64,000 nt of DNA, from assembly GCF_006345805.1 (NCBI RefSeq), contig NC_043021.1, forward strand, positions 14,508,001-14,572,000. Direction: 5' to 3'. Made by a program: the position numbers and the translations under genes. This document shows positions 28,501-38,343 of this stretch, piece after piece. The DNA comes from Octopus sinensis (lineage: Eukaryota). The first letter of the stretch is position 1, and the number at the start of each line of letters is the position of its first letter. Under the pieces are notes generated by a model. The model saw only the letters and a list, made by a program, of their open reading frames with translations. It was not told the DNA's origin and searched no databases.

Positions 28501-31500
28501 TCACTTGCATTATAGCTTTGTCTGGGGTGCCGGTGTTATATGTATGTATATTATTGTAATTATCAGTTTAGTAAATAAATAAATAAGTTAACATAATATA
28601 ATGTCTAAAAGTTGATGAACCACCCATTGATACCCTCCATTTTCTTATTGCTATATATATATGTACAGTGAAGAATTCCGGGTAGAGGTAGGGGTCCACC
28701 AAGGCTCAGTCCTCAGCCCCCTCCTATTTATCATAGTCCTCCAGGCAATAACGGAGGAATTCAAGACAGGATGCCCTTGGGAGCTCCTCTATGCTGATGA
28801 CCTTGCTCTAATTGCTGAGTCACTATCAGAACTGGAGGAGAAGTTTCAGGTGTGGAAGCAAGGATTAGAATCGAAGGGCCTTAGAGTCAATCTAGCTAAA
28901 ACCAAAATCCTAATAAGTAGGAAGGTAGACAAATCACAAACGCCTTCAGGTAGATGGCCCTGCTCGATCTGTAGAAAAGGTGTAGGTAGAAACTCTATAA
29001 GATGCACCAAGTGTAAGCTATGGACACATAAGAGGTGCAGCAATGTCAAAGGAAGGCTAACTAGGAAGATGGTTTTTGTATGTGGCAGATGCTCAGGAAC
29101 AATAAACACTGAAAATGCTCTGAGAAAAACTAGAAATAGTTGATAGCTTCCATTACCTAAGTGACCAAGTTAGCAGCGGGGGTGGGTGTGCTGAAAGTGT
29201 AACTGCTAGAGTAAGAATAGCTTGGCCAAAGTTCAGAGAGCTCTTACCCCTGCTGGTGACAAAAGGCCTCTCGCTCAGAGTAAAAGGCAGACTGTATGAC
29301 GTGTGTGTACGAACAGCCATGCTACATGGCAGTGAAACATGGACCGTGACTGCTGAGGATATGCGTAAGCTCACAAGAAATGAAGCCAGTATGCTCCAAT
29401 GGATGTGTAATGTCAGTATTCATACTCGACAGAGTGTAAGTACCTTGAGAGAAAAGCTGGACCTAAGAAGCATCAGATGTGGTGTGCAAGAGAGACGTTT
29501 GCGCTGGTATGGGCATGTGGCGAGAATGGATGAAGATAGTTGTGTGAAAAAGTGCCACACCCTAGCGGTTGAGGGAACCTGTGGAAGAGGCAGACCCAGG
29601 AAAACCTGGGACGAGGTGGTGAAGCACGACCTTCGAACTTTAGGTCTCACTGAGGAAATGACTAGAGACCGAGACCTCTGGAAGTATGCTGTGCGTGAGA
29701 AGACCCGGCAGGACAAGTGAGACCATAACCTGTGGCCTTCTACATGGGATGTAGCCAGCCCACTTATGCATACCTTCCCTTCTTGGGACACAAAACTCTA
29801 CTTGTGAAGACCTGTTGAGGCAAGTGAGAATCAGAATCAGAATCGAAATCGATCAATTGAAATTGCAGCTGAGATACCAGTGCCGGTGGCACGTAAGAGA
29901 ACCATCCGAACGTGGCCGTTGCCAGCGCTGCCCCAACTGGCCTCGTGCCGGTGGCACGTAAAAAGCACCATCCGTTCGTGGCCGTTGCCAGCCTCTCCTG
30001 GCCCCCGTGCCGGTGGCACATAAAAAGCACCATCCAATCGTGGCCATTTTCCAGACTCGTCTGGCACATAAACAGCACCCACTACACTCATGGAGTGGTT
30101 GGCGTTAGGAAGGGCATCCAGCCGTAGAAACATTGCCAGATCAAACTGGGCCTGGTGCAGCCTTCTGGCTTCCCAGACCCCAGTTGAACCATCCAACCCA
30201 TGCTAGCATGGAAAGCGGACGCTAAACGATGATGATGATGAGATAGATAAAACTTACTTAGAAATGGATGCGTGCGTTCCGTCATATAATAACAAATTAA
30301 TAAATAAAACATATGCATATATACATACATATATGTACGTACCTACATCTATATGTATATATACATGCATATATGGGTATAGGACATATATGTGTCCTGT
30401 ACCCATATATGCATGTATATATACATATAGATGTAGGTACGTACATATATGTATGTATATATGCATATGTTTTATTTATTAACTTGTTCATCATCATCAT
30501 CATCATCATCGTTTAGCGTCCGTTTTCCATGCTAGCATGGGTTGGATGGTTCTACTGGGGTCTGTGAAGCCAGAAGGCTTCATCAGGCCCAGTCAAATCT
30601 GGCAGTGTTTCTACGGCTGGATGCCCTTCCTAACGCCAACCACTCCGTGAGTGTAGTGGGTGCTTTTTACGTGCCACCCGCGTTATATATATATATATAT
30701 ATATATATACGTTTAAATATTTGTTGTGCAAGATTTATAATTTGTTATTTATTGGCTAAACTGGCAATATGACCATTCCGAAATATAACGATATATATAT
30801 ATATTTATATATATATCAGCATATAAAGTAACAGATATTTAACTAAATCTTTAGAATTTCAGTTATATTGCTAAATCAATTGAAACTCATAAGCTTTTTC
30901 CTTGAAGTTTATTCAAGAAAATAGGTTAAGGATTAAAATGCAACAGGTGGCTTTATAGTCAATGGGTATGTGTACAAGGTGGGCGAAGAGAGTGATGCCA
31001 AAAGATGAAGTGGAGGGTAAGTGGGCACCTTTTTCTGGTCCCTTTTGCCAAACAGCTCAATGAAGAATGATAATGAATGTTGATGATTGCTAATGATAAT
31101 TTTTTTTTGGTTTCTATACAGAAAAATCTTCTGAACAGTAGTAAATATTCCATTTCATCAAAAGCTCTAAACCTGTGCCACAAAGCAAATGTATCGGATG
31201 AGCAACCTAATTCATCAGCTCAGGTGTGTGTGATTTTAATTATTCATCATCATCATTTAGCATCTGTTTTCCATGCAGGTATGGTTCAGATGGTTTGACC
31301 AGAACTGGTAAGCCAGAGAGCTGGCTTACCAGGCTCCAATCTGGTTCGGCTTGGTTTCTACGGCTGGATGCCCTTCCTAACACCAACCACTTTGCAGAAT
31401 GTAGACTGGGTGCGTTTTACATGTCACCGGCACAGGTGCCTTCTGCGTGTCACCAGCATCTGGAGAGAAGGTAAAGTTGTTGATGACAAGGTGTCAGACA

Positions 31501-34500
31501 AGATGAGCATAAGAGAATACAGAGGATCAGTAAGGGTGGGTGAGAGGAAAATGAGAGATGGCCAGAATTGTGGATAACAGTAAGTATAATGAAAGTTGGA
31601 CAAGAGTGCAGTGGCAGAAAATGGAGAATATCAGTATGGGGGGAGGGAGGTGGAAGACATAGGGATGGCTTAAGGGGGAGGAGGTTTATATATATATATA
31701 TATATTATATCATACCGTGATACTGTGTGGTCTAAGATTTCTGTTGACAGGCCGCTGGTATTTATTGTTTGTTAAACACTTTTGGTATGTAAATTAGGGA
31801 CTCCTTCTTAGAGTAACTGCTGCATTTATATAAGGTCAGCTTTGCCTTTCATTTTTTGGGGGTCCATGAAATAAGTACCAGTTATGCACTGGGGTCGGTG
31901 AGCTGGCAGAAACGTTAGCATGCTGGGCGAAATGTGTACCCGTATTTCGTCTGCCGTTACGTTCTGAGTTCAAATTCCGCCGAGGTCGACTTTGCCTTTC
32001 ATCCTTTCGGGGTCGATAAATTAAGTACCAGTTACGCACTGGGGGTCGATGTAATCGACTTAATACCTATGTCTGTCCTTGTTTGTCCCCTCTGTGTTTA
32101 GCCCCTTGTGGGTAGTAAAGAAATAGTTATGCACTGGGGTCGATGTAATCAACGTAATCCCTTCCCCCAAATCTGAGGCCTTGTGCTTTCAGTAGAAAGG
32201 ATTATTAAATTCTGCTGAGGTCAACTTTGCCTTAATCCTTTCGGGATCGATAAATGAAGTACCAGTGAAACACTAGGGTCGATGTAGTTGATTAGTCCCC
32301 TCCCACAAAATGGCTGCACTTGTGGCAAAAATTGAAACCCTGGCAGAAACGTTAGCATGCCGAGTGAAATGCGTAGCCGTATTTCGTCTGTCGTTACGTT
32401 CTGAGTTCGAATTCCGCCGAGGTCGACTTTGCCTTCATCTTTTCGGGGTCGATAGATTAAGTACCAGTTACGCACTGGGGGTCGATGTAATCGACTTAAT
32501 ACCTATGTCTGTCCTTGTTTGTCCCCTCTGTGTTTAGCCCCTTGTGGGTAGTAAAGAAATAGTTATGCACTGGGGGTCGATGTAATCAACGTAATCCCTT
32601 CCCCCAAATCTGAGGCCTTGTGCTTTCAGTAGAAAGGATTATTAAATTCTGCTGAGGTCAACTTTGCCTTAATCCTTTCGGGATCGATAAATGAAGTACC
32701 AGTGAAACACTAGGGTCGATGTAGTTGATTAGTCCCCTCCCACAAAATGGCTGCACTTGTGGCAAAAATTGAAACCCTGGCAGAAACGTTAGCATGCCGA
32801 GTGAAATGCGTAGCCGTATTTCGTCTGTCGTTACGTTCTGAGTTCGAATTCCGCCGAGGTCGACTTTGCCTTTCATCTTTTCGGGGTCGATAGATTAAGT
32901 ACCAGTTACGCACTGGGGTCGTTGTAATCGACTTAATACCTATGTCTGCCCTTGTTTGTCCCCTCTGTGTTTAGCCCCTTGTGGGTAATAAAGAAATAGG
33001 TATTTCATCTGTCTTTACGTTCTGAGTTTAAATTCTGCTGAGGTCGACTTTGCCTTTCATCTTTCATACTGGGGGTCCATCTAATCGACTGGTGCCCTCC
33101 CAAAAATTTTGGGCCTTGTGCCTAGAGTAGAAAAGAATCATTAGCAAGCTGGGCAAAATGCTTAGCAGTATTTCGCCCATCACTCTGTTTTGAGTTCAAA
33201 TTCTGCCAGGGTCATCTTTGCCTTTCATCCTTCTGGAGTTGATAAAATAAGTACCAGTTGAACACTGGGGCCAGTGGATTTGACTTCTTCCCCAACTCAA
33301 GATTGCTGGCTTTAAACTGGCAGAATTGTTAACATAAACTTTTCTTTTTTCTATGCTAGGCACAATGCTCGAAATTTTTGAGGAGGAGGCCAGTCGATTA
33401 GATCGACCCTCAGTATGCAATAGGTACTTAATTTATCAACCCTGTAATCAATGCTCTGTTGAACTTGCTGGATAAATTCAGGTGTTATGATGATTTCAGA
33501 ACATTTAGAATGTTTTTTATGCTTTGATACTGGTGATATGTTTCCATCTTCAGTCTCTAACTCCTTACAAATTTTGTAGACGAAACATCTGGCAACTTTT
33601 AAAAATTGAGATATTTCTAAATGACTATGCTCAGCCTTTATAACCATGTTAACAGCATGCCTCTTCATTTCTTGAGTAAGCTGAGGACCTGCTACTATTA
33701 TTTTCTGAAACAAAGATTATACAGAGTTAGCAAAAAATGCAGCAATGACCCAAATACCTTATGTACCCTGTACAGACATACATACATACATACAAACATG
33801 TATGATGGGCTTCTTTCAGTATCCGTCTTGCAAATCTACTGAAGTCTATAGTTGATTTGAAGCTGCAGTAGAAGACACTTGCCTAAGGTGCCACACAGTG
33901 GGACTGAACCTGGAACCATGTGGTTCATCATCATCATCATCAACATTTAATGTCTGTTTTCCATTCTGGCATGGGTTGGGTGTTTTGTCAGGAGCTGGCT
34001 AGGCAGAAGACCGCACCAGGTTTCCCCTGTCTGTTTTGGCAGGTTTTTTATGGTTGGATGCCCTTCCTGATACCAGCCACCTTACATATATATTTAATAG
34101 GAGTTATGGAACTGAGACAAACTGTTATTAAGTTTTACACACACACACACAGATATATATGCCATGCACCTATATGCATACACATGCACACATATATCAT
34201 CGTCATTTAATATCTGCTTTCTATGGTGGCTAGAGTTGGAGGGCTTGACAAGAGTTAGTAATCTGGAAAAAAAAAAACGATTTTTTTGTGGCTGTTGCCA
34301 GTACCGCCTGACTGGCCCTTGAGCCAGTGGCACGTAAAAGCACCCACTACACTCTGGGAGTGGTTGGCATTAGGAAGGGCATCCAGCTGTAGAAACTCTG
34401 CCAGATCAAGATTGGAGCTTAGTGCAGCCATCTGGTTTGCCAGTCCACAGTCAAATCGTCCAACCCATGCTAGCATGGAAAGTGGACGTTAAACGACGAT

Positions 34501-35826
34501 GATGATGATGATGAAGATGTTTGCCTTGGTATGGTTTTTACGGCTTGATGCCCTTTCCTAACACCAAGCACCTTGCAGAGTTGTTAGAAAGTAAGTATCT
34601 CAACCACAGTCCCACCCATGCCAACATGGAAGGCAGACGTTAAAGAATGACAATGATGGCAACTATATCTATATGCAAAAAACAAAACAAAAACAATGAT
34701 GATAATAATAATAATAATGAAATTATTGTATACAGTGCTCAGGTGCACCACAACTTGTCAGAGTATATGCAGTAATGTACAAATGTCTGGAAAGCGAACA
34801 ATGTATGAGTCAGATACATGCCTGTGTGTGTATGGAGGGGAGAAAATCAGGTGTAGTGTTGGCGGATCTCAGAAAGCATGGAAGTTATGAAGGATGCAGT
34901 GCTCCAACAACTAACAACTGATGCCGGGAGTTTGTTCCATGCTTCAGCAACTCTCAGCATGAAAAATTGTTTCCTAAAGTCATGGGAGCTGTGCTGTTTT
35001 CTGACTTTGTAAATATGGCCACGGGTGTTAGATGGGTGGAGTTTGAAAAGGTGCTCAGAGTTATTGTTTGTAAGATGGTTGATAATTTTATGGGTGTCTG
35101 CCAAGTCAGCTGCCAGACGTCGAAGTTTCAATGTGTCCATGCCAAGTTTCAATGTGTCCATGATGTTTTGGGTTTGTTGATTTCTTTGCAGGGAGAAGAA
35201 GGTGAAGCAGTTAGACAATTGCCTCCAAGACGTTCGAAGTCCGTAGCTATAAAGAAAATCCAAAGCCAAAACAGTTTCTTGAAGAACTCTCCCGTCTCAG
35301 TAGACTCTCCAGTCTCGAAGAACTCTCCAGTCTTGAAGAAGAAGAAAGAAAGCGACTCCGAAGACATTTCTCTAGAGACCGGCACTCCGCAAGGATCTCC
35401 GCAGAAGAGTACAATGGATCGGATCCGTAACCTGAAAAACAGCTTCCGCTCCTCTTCTTTCCGCAAAGGTAGGCATTAGTATGGTACCTTTTTTTGGTAT
35501 TTGTGTGGGATTTGGATGAAGGGGGTGGGCCTCAATTTTTTCTACTTTCCTCCTCCTCCTCTTCTTGAAGCTGCTGCTGCTTCTTCTTTTTCTTCTTCTT
35601 CTTCTTCTTCTTCTTCTTCTTCTTCTTCTTCTTCTTCTTCTTCTTCTTCTTCTTCTTCTTCTTCTTCTTCTTCTTCTTCTTCTTCTTCTTCTTCTTCCTC
35701 CTCCTCCTCCTCCTCCTCCTCCTCCTCCTCTTCCTCCTCTGCTACTAGTAGTAATGGTGGTGGCAGTGGTGGTGGTGGTAGTCAAGTGATGTTGGGGAGA
35801 CAAACACAGACACACAAACATATACA

Positions 35827-35880
<54 letters not shown>

Positions 35881-35914
35881 CAACGGGCTTCTTTCAGTTT
35901 CCGTCTATCAAATT

Positions 35915-35973
<59 letters not shown>

Positions 35974-37776
35974 TATACAACGGGCTTCTTTCAGTTTCCG
36001 TCTATCAAATTCACTCACAAGCCTTTGGTCGGCCTGAGGCTATAGTAGAAGACACTTGCCCAAGGTGCCACGCTATGGGACTGAACCTGGAACCATGTGG
36101 TTCATAAACAAGCTACTTACCACACAACCACTCCTACGCCTAGTTTCATATTTTTTTGTAATTAAGATCTATATATATGAATGTTAATATATGAATGCGA
36201 AAGAGTTGAATAACTGTAAACCTCCTTTCGGCCACCTTGTATATTAAATATTTACAGTTAATCCATATTATCACTTAAATATAAGATATTCATAGTTAAT
36301 CCATGTCTTCTGACTTTTTACCATTACAGCTCGGAATTTACTGAAACCAAACAGCAATGTCTCCTCCCCAGTTTATGATTCTCCGAGAAATCAAACAGTG
36401 AAACCGAGTGTAGCCTCGACAACAAAGCCCTCCAAAACGGCCATCACCTCAGATACAGAATCTTCCAACAACAAGAATCTACAAAACATTCTCACAAACA
36501 CCACTACACGTTCAAGGCGGCGACTGTACAAGGATCAGATTGTCGGACCGATGGACTTTGTGGTAATGTTATGAATCTTGATGCTAATGCTTTTGGTTTT
36601 GTTTTTTGTTGTTTTGTTGTTGTTGTTGTTTTATACTTGTTTCAGTCATTGAACTACAGACATACTGGGACAGTGCCTTGAAGGGTTTTAGTAGAACAAA
36701 TCAACCCCCCAGGACTTATATATGTATATGAGGGGGTTTCTTCAAAGTTCTTGGCTTTAAGGGTATCGTGAAAGAATTGGTTGGAGGCCCAACCTTCTGA
36801 GTTCCTTTACAGGGCTTAGAAAAACTGAAGGACCTCTGCAATAAGTGTGTGAATCCGAGGGGGGCAATATGTTGAATAAAATCATAATTAACTGATCCTG
36901 CAGTATTTTCTTTTACCTAAAGCCAGGCACTTTCCAGCATGTGTGTGTGTGTGTGTGTGTGTATGGGCATGTATGTATGTATATAAATGTTTATGTGTAT
37001 ATCTGTATGTAGATGTGTGTGTGTGAGATTGAATCAAATTCGAAGACTGGCACCCGTGCCAGTGGAGCGCTAAGAGACCATCCGAGCATGAATGTTGCCA
37101 GAGCAGCTGACTGGCTTCCGTGCCGGTGGCATGTAAAAATGCCAGTGGCACGTGAAAAAACATTCGAGCGAGGTCGTTGCCAGTGCTGCTGGACTGGCTC
37201 CTGTGCAGGTGGCACATAAAAAACACCATCTGAGCGTGGCCGTTGCCAGTACCACCTAACTGGCCCTCGTGCTGGTGGCACATAAAAGCACCCACTTCAA
37301 TCTCAGAGTGGTTGGCATTAGGAAGGGCATCCAGCTGTAGAAATTCTGCTAGATCAGATTGCAGCCTGGTGCAGCCATCTGGTTTGCCAGTCCTCAGTCA
37401 AATCGTCCAACCCATACCAGCATGGAAAGGGGACATTAAACAACGATGATGATATATATATATATATATATATATTATAAAAATTTTGTCCAACTCATGT
37501 GAGCATGGAAAGGCAGGCATTAAAACATTGACAACAATGATGATGATGATAATAAAAGGGAAGGAGGAAAGGTTTAGTGTTTTGTCAGTTTGAGAACAGC
37601 TCGCTTCCCCTACTCCCTTAGTTGACACGTTACTATTACTGTCCCCTTTTCATGCCCCTTTTTTCTCTTTACAGAACGTCACAGCAACAACAACTCTAAA
37701 ACCAAAAGATGATGTCTTCAACAGTCTCATGCATCAACTTCGAAACAGACGTAGAGAAACTCAATACAAATCTTAA
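1233..37776 (+). CDS. Multi-exon gene, 5'-incomplete: large coiled-coil protein with a Ser/Thr/Pro-rich basic C-terminal tail (about 977 aa visible)
   Basis: Twelve exons with AG/GT boundaries and continuous phase: 1233-2104, 2809-2947, 3613-3738, 5771-6043, 8139-8392, 10559-10648, 13577-13852, 26518-26709, 31122-31223, 35192-35468, 36330-36562, 37675-37776 (TAA). Total 2936 nt = 2 + 978 codons. The N-terminal part is E/K/L/Q heptad-rich. Extra phase-0 exons in the large introns cannot be excluded. Confidence 0.85.
2809..2947 (+). CDS. Host gene exon
   Basis: tcacccAG|GAA ... CAAG|gtatgt; EVWSVPSK...TSQQ; phase 0 to 1. Confidence 0.88.
3054..3099 (-). ncRNA. Degenerate minimal hammerhead within a Penelope-type terminal-repeat remnant (about 3020-3160)
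   Basis: GACCC CTGATGA A GGCTG..CAGCC GAAAC ATT GTGTT; the stem III palindrome AACGTT has decayed to AACATT. Confidence 0.62.
3613..3738 (+). CDS. Host gene exon
   Basis: tttcctctgtAG ... GAAG|gtatgt; DLQQKSS...TLEE; phase 1 to 1. Confidence 0.88.
4190..4565 (-). mobile_element. RTE 3'-UTR copy, representative of about 20 in the window
   Basis: (CAT)n-gtttaacatccactttccatg...ggatgcccttcctaacgccaacc matches the 29721-30240 UTR. Other copies near 3962, 7793, 11709-12140, 15380-15750, 16760, 17722, 25568, 27040, 27390, 30489, 31245, 33925, 34275, 37028-37450, 38896, 42345, 44530, 50450-50975. Confidence 0.88.
4577..4915 (-). mobile_element. tRNA-derived SINE: head F plus tail E; also 11065-11385 - and 62007-62310 +
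   Basis: GTCCTTGAGCAAGACACTTTATTTCAC..CCAGTCCACTCAGCTG module joined to the TTCAAAGGGCC..GAGAACTACGTTAAGGG tail. Confidence 0.85.
5376..5685 (+). mobile_element. tRNA-derived SINE: head D plus the CTGCAATGGACTGG tail module
   Basis: GGAGGCGCAGTGGCCCAGTGGTTAGGG..GGTTTCAATTCCC head. Confidence 0.85.
5771..6043 (+). CDS. Host gene exon
   Basis: ttttctaaAG ... GCAG|gtaaat; ELLQKDEK...MALA; phase 1 to 1. Confidence 0.88.
6160..6692 (+). mobile_element. CR1/L2-group LINE 3' end with (ATT)n tail
   Basis: LYTAMVRPHLEFASSVWNPY..LESVQRRATK..LRRL..RGH.YK..FFTLRVAEAWNKLP. Confidence 0.9.
7201..7409 (-). mobile_element. SINE family A2 (~205 bp, family-A-like head, different tail); second copy at about 968-1174
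   Basis: TA|GGCGCGGGCATGGCTGTGTGG ... CCGAAAGCGAGAGAGGGA|TA. Confidence 0.85.
8139..8392 (+). CDS. Host gene exon
   Basis: ttgctttAG ... GAG|gtaata; VMECERDS...SSSE; phase 1 to 0. Confidence 0.88.
10559..10648 (+). CDS. Host gene exon, 90 nt, absent from the ORF track
   Basis: ctgcctcacAG ... GAG|gtgagc; RKDNGNGAAQNTKSVEETTPGKGIMLRNVE; phase 0 to 0. Confidence 0.75.
13577..13852 (+). CDS. Host gene exon
   Basis: cttcttttcacAG ... AAA|gtaagt; QWRKQKALVV...PSKK; phase 0 to 0. Confidence 0.85.
14501..14927 (+). mobile_element. hAT (Charlie-like) MITE
   Basis: CAGTAGTTCTCAAC ... GGAGAACCCCT ends; the 8-bp TSD is only partly conserved. Confidence 0.55.
15070..15277 (-). mobile_element. CR1-group LINE 3' end with (TAAC)n tail, a different family
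   Basis: RRGAFSVRVAEPWNKLPDEMVKMPTTARFKVSLDHKW*. Confidence 0.8.
15875..16600. repeat. Higher-order ~175 bp repeat built on (CA)n
   Basis: Anchor TAAACGATAGATTTCTGCA near 16052, 16235, 16407 and 16582. Confidence 0.8.
17120..17527 (+). mobile_element. Older RTE 3' fragment
   Basis: Diverged GTCGR.KPRKTW..V..KDLRTLGL.EEMTRNQ..W followed by the RTE 3' UTR. Confidence 0.8.
17526..18387 (+). mobile_element. Three tandem ~233 bp TTAA-flanked (piggyBac-like) MITEs; the first is interrupted by an RTE tail
   Basis: TTAA|CCCTTTCATTACC ... GGTAACAAAAGGG ends; units start at 17526, 17927 and 18160. Confidence 0.75.
19631..19728 (-). ncRNA. Type I hammerhead ribozyme with an intact core
   Basis: - strand: TCTTTG CTGACGA GACA..(55 nt)..TGTC GAAA CTATGCATAG TC CAAAGA. 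Stem I is 6 bp, G10.1-C11.1 is present, stem III is palindromic, and the cleavage triplet is GUC. Confidence 0.88.
20510..20806 (-). mobile_element. Helitron 5' fragment
   Basis: A|TCTATATATATAAAA followed by (CTGT)n; 3' end not found. Confidence 0.6.
21397..22012. repeat. 63 bp minisatellite, about 10 near-identical units
   Basis: Unit CATGTGTAAAAGAAAGAGAGAAAGGGTGTTTGTGTGTGTGTAAGAGAGAGAATATGGACAATA; two units are 65 bp. Confidence 0.95.
22640..23034 (+). mobile_element. Non-autonomous Helitron, 395 bp
   Basis: A|TCTTTATTTATAAAA start, subterminal hairpin CCTGAGCAACGCCGGG, CTAG|T end. Confidence 0.85.
23476..23848 (+). mobile_element. Helentron-associated (HINE/DINE-1-like) element
   Basis: TTATTACCTCTGTCAAGG...(CTGT)n..AAATAACTCAAAAAGTT...CTTGGCGGAAGTCTGCG with subterminal inverted repeats. 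Confidence 0.65.
23850..24000 (+). mobile_element. CR1-group LINE fragment
   Basis: LDYWDRLKELRLCSLHRR-like C-terminal motif. Confidence 0.6.
24519..25340. repeat. ~422 bp tandem duplication of CT/CA-mosaic sequence, followed by (CT)n and (CA)n
   Basis: Units start near 24519 and 24941. Confidence 0.85.
25915..26460 (-). mobile_element. Unclassified ~540 bp interspersed repeat with an (AAT)n tail
   Basis: A second, diverged and interrupted copy lies at about 20375-20400 and 20830-21005. Confidence 0.6.
26518..26709 (+). CDS. Host gene exon with an NLS-like RRNRKRK
   Basis: tttttcgtaacAG ... CAG|gtaaaa; VIVSSEPS...ETSPQ; phase 0 to 0. Confidence 0.85.
28170..28520 (-). mobile_element. Mariner transposase N-terminal fragment
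   Basis: EFNKGKN..INAVHGE..CQQWF.KFR..LEDEPHPGRS..TVEELAEKLG (frameshifted). Confidence 0.75.
28661..30240 (+). mobile_element. 5'-truncated RTE-clade LINE: RT C-terminal half, PHD-like finger, 3' UTR, (GAT)n tail
   Basis: GVHQGSVLSPLLF and LLYADD RT motifs; frameshift near 29125; second frame ends RLRWYGHVARM...GRGRPRKTW, stop at 29720; tail aaacgatgatgatgatg. Confidence 0.93.
30291..30488. repeat. 198 bp loop-less palindrome
   Basis: Arms differ at 3 positions. Confidence 0.92.
31122..31223 (+). CDS. Host gene exon
   Basis: tttctatacAG ... CAG|gtgtgt; KNLLNSSK...SSAQ; phase 0 to 0. Confidence 0.75.
33440..33730 (-). mobile_element. Tc1-like HTH fragment
   Basis: KRHAVNMVIKAEHSHLEISQFLKVARCFVYKICKEL. 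Confidence 0.6.
34695..35161 (-). mobile_element. CR1-group LINE 3' end, antisense, ending 30 nt before the 35192 acceptor
   Basis: MDTLKLRRLAADL..TRGHIYKVRK..WNKLPASVV plus a long 3' UTR and (ATT)n. Confidence 0.9.
35192..35468 (+). CDS. Host gene exon
   Basis: tttctttgcAG ... AAAG|gtaggc; GEEGEAVRQ...SFRK; phase 0 to 1. Confidence 0.87.
35580..35735. repeat. Long (TTC)n(CTC)n triplet run about 110 nt after the 35468 donor
   Basis: Seen directly. Other long triplet runs: (TAC)n 2253-2340, (CAT)n 24105-24250, (GAC)n 55900-55925. Confidence 0.95.
36330..36562 (+). CDS. Host gene exon, absent from the ORF track
   Basis: ccattacAG ... GTG|gtaatg; ARNLLKPNSN...RRRLYKDQIVGPMDFV; phase 1 to 0. 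Read-through would stop at 36574. Confidence 0.82.
36729..36939 (+). mobile_element. Mariner-derived MITE, empty-site copy
   Basis: TA|TGAGGGGG..AAAGTTCTTGGCTTTA / TAAAGCCAGGCACTTT; remnant LEKLKD.CNKCVNPRG.YVE*. Confidence 0.75.
37675..37776 (+). CDS. Probable terminal coding exon
   Basis: Long pyrimidine tract ending tttacAG, then NVTATTTLKPKDDVFNSLMHQLRNRRRETQYKS* in phase 0. Confidence 0.72.
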   Translation, partial: NVTATTTLKPKDDVFNSLMHQLRNRRRETQYKS

Positions 37777-38197
37777 AACAAAGGAAACGTTTTATTTCTC
37801 TTCCTCTACTTTCTGTTTTATTATTTGTTTCTTTGCGCGATTATTTTATGCAAGAAAACATAATTTACATTGTTTGTTTTTTTATTTTTATATTGTATTT
37901 TTAAATCAATCCTGCCTTGTCGTTCACCTCCTCTTCCTTCTCCCACTACTCCTTTCCAGTATCTTTTCCCTCCTATGTATTTGTTACATTCTTTTCTTCT
38001 TCCTTCATTACTTCTTGCCTTCTCTTGTCTTTCATTTCACCTTCACTTCTTTTCAATACTTTCTCTTTTGCAAACACATACACACATACATTCAGACGTT
38101 TACATACATATATACACAGACACATGCATTCACACACACACACACATGTATAATAACTTACGCTCACAGATACACAGTATGTGCATGTGTACATAAA

Positions 38198-38203
38198 AAT
38201 AAA
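38198..38203 (+). terminator. Candidate polyadenylation signal
   Basis: AATAAA about 420 nt after the stop codon; no transcript evidence. Confidence 0.35.
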
Positions 38204-38228
38204 TAACATATATATATATATATATATA

Positions 38229-38343
38229 TCACGTGATCACGTGACCGACCAGACCATCAGATGTTGTTACACATCGCTGGTCACAATGCGCTTCGCATTG
38301 TTTTAGCCTTCAAACGATGCCACCCCGCTGGCTAAGTGAGCTG

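Noticed and set aside
35865-36015. ~100 bp duplication inside a family-A SINE
   Set aside because: Microsatellite-bounded slippage or an assembly artefact; little biological signal
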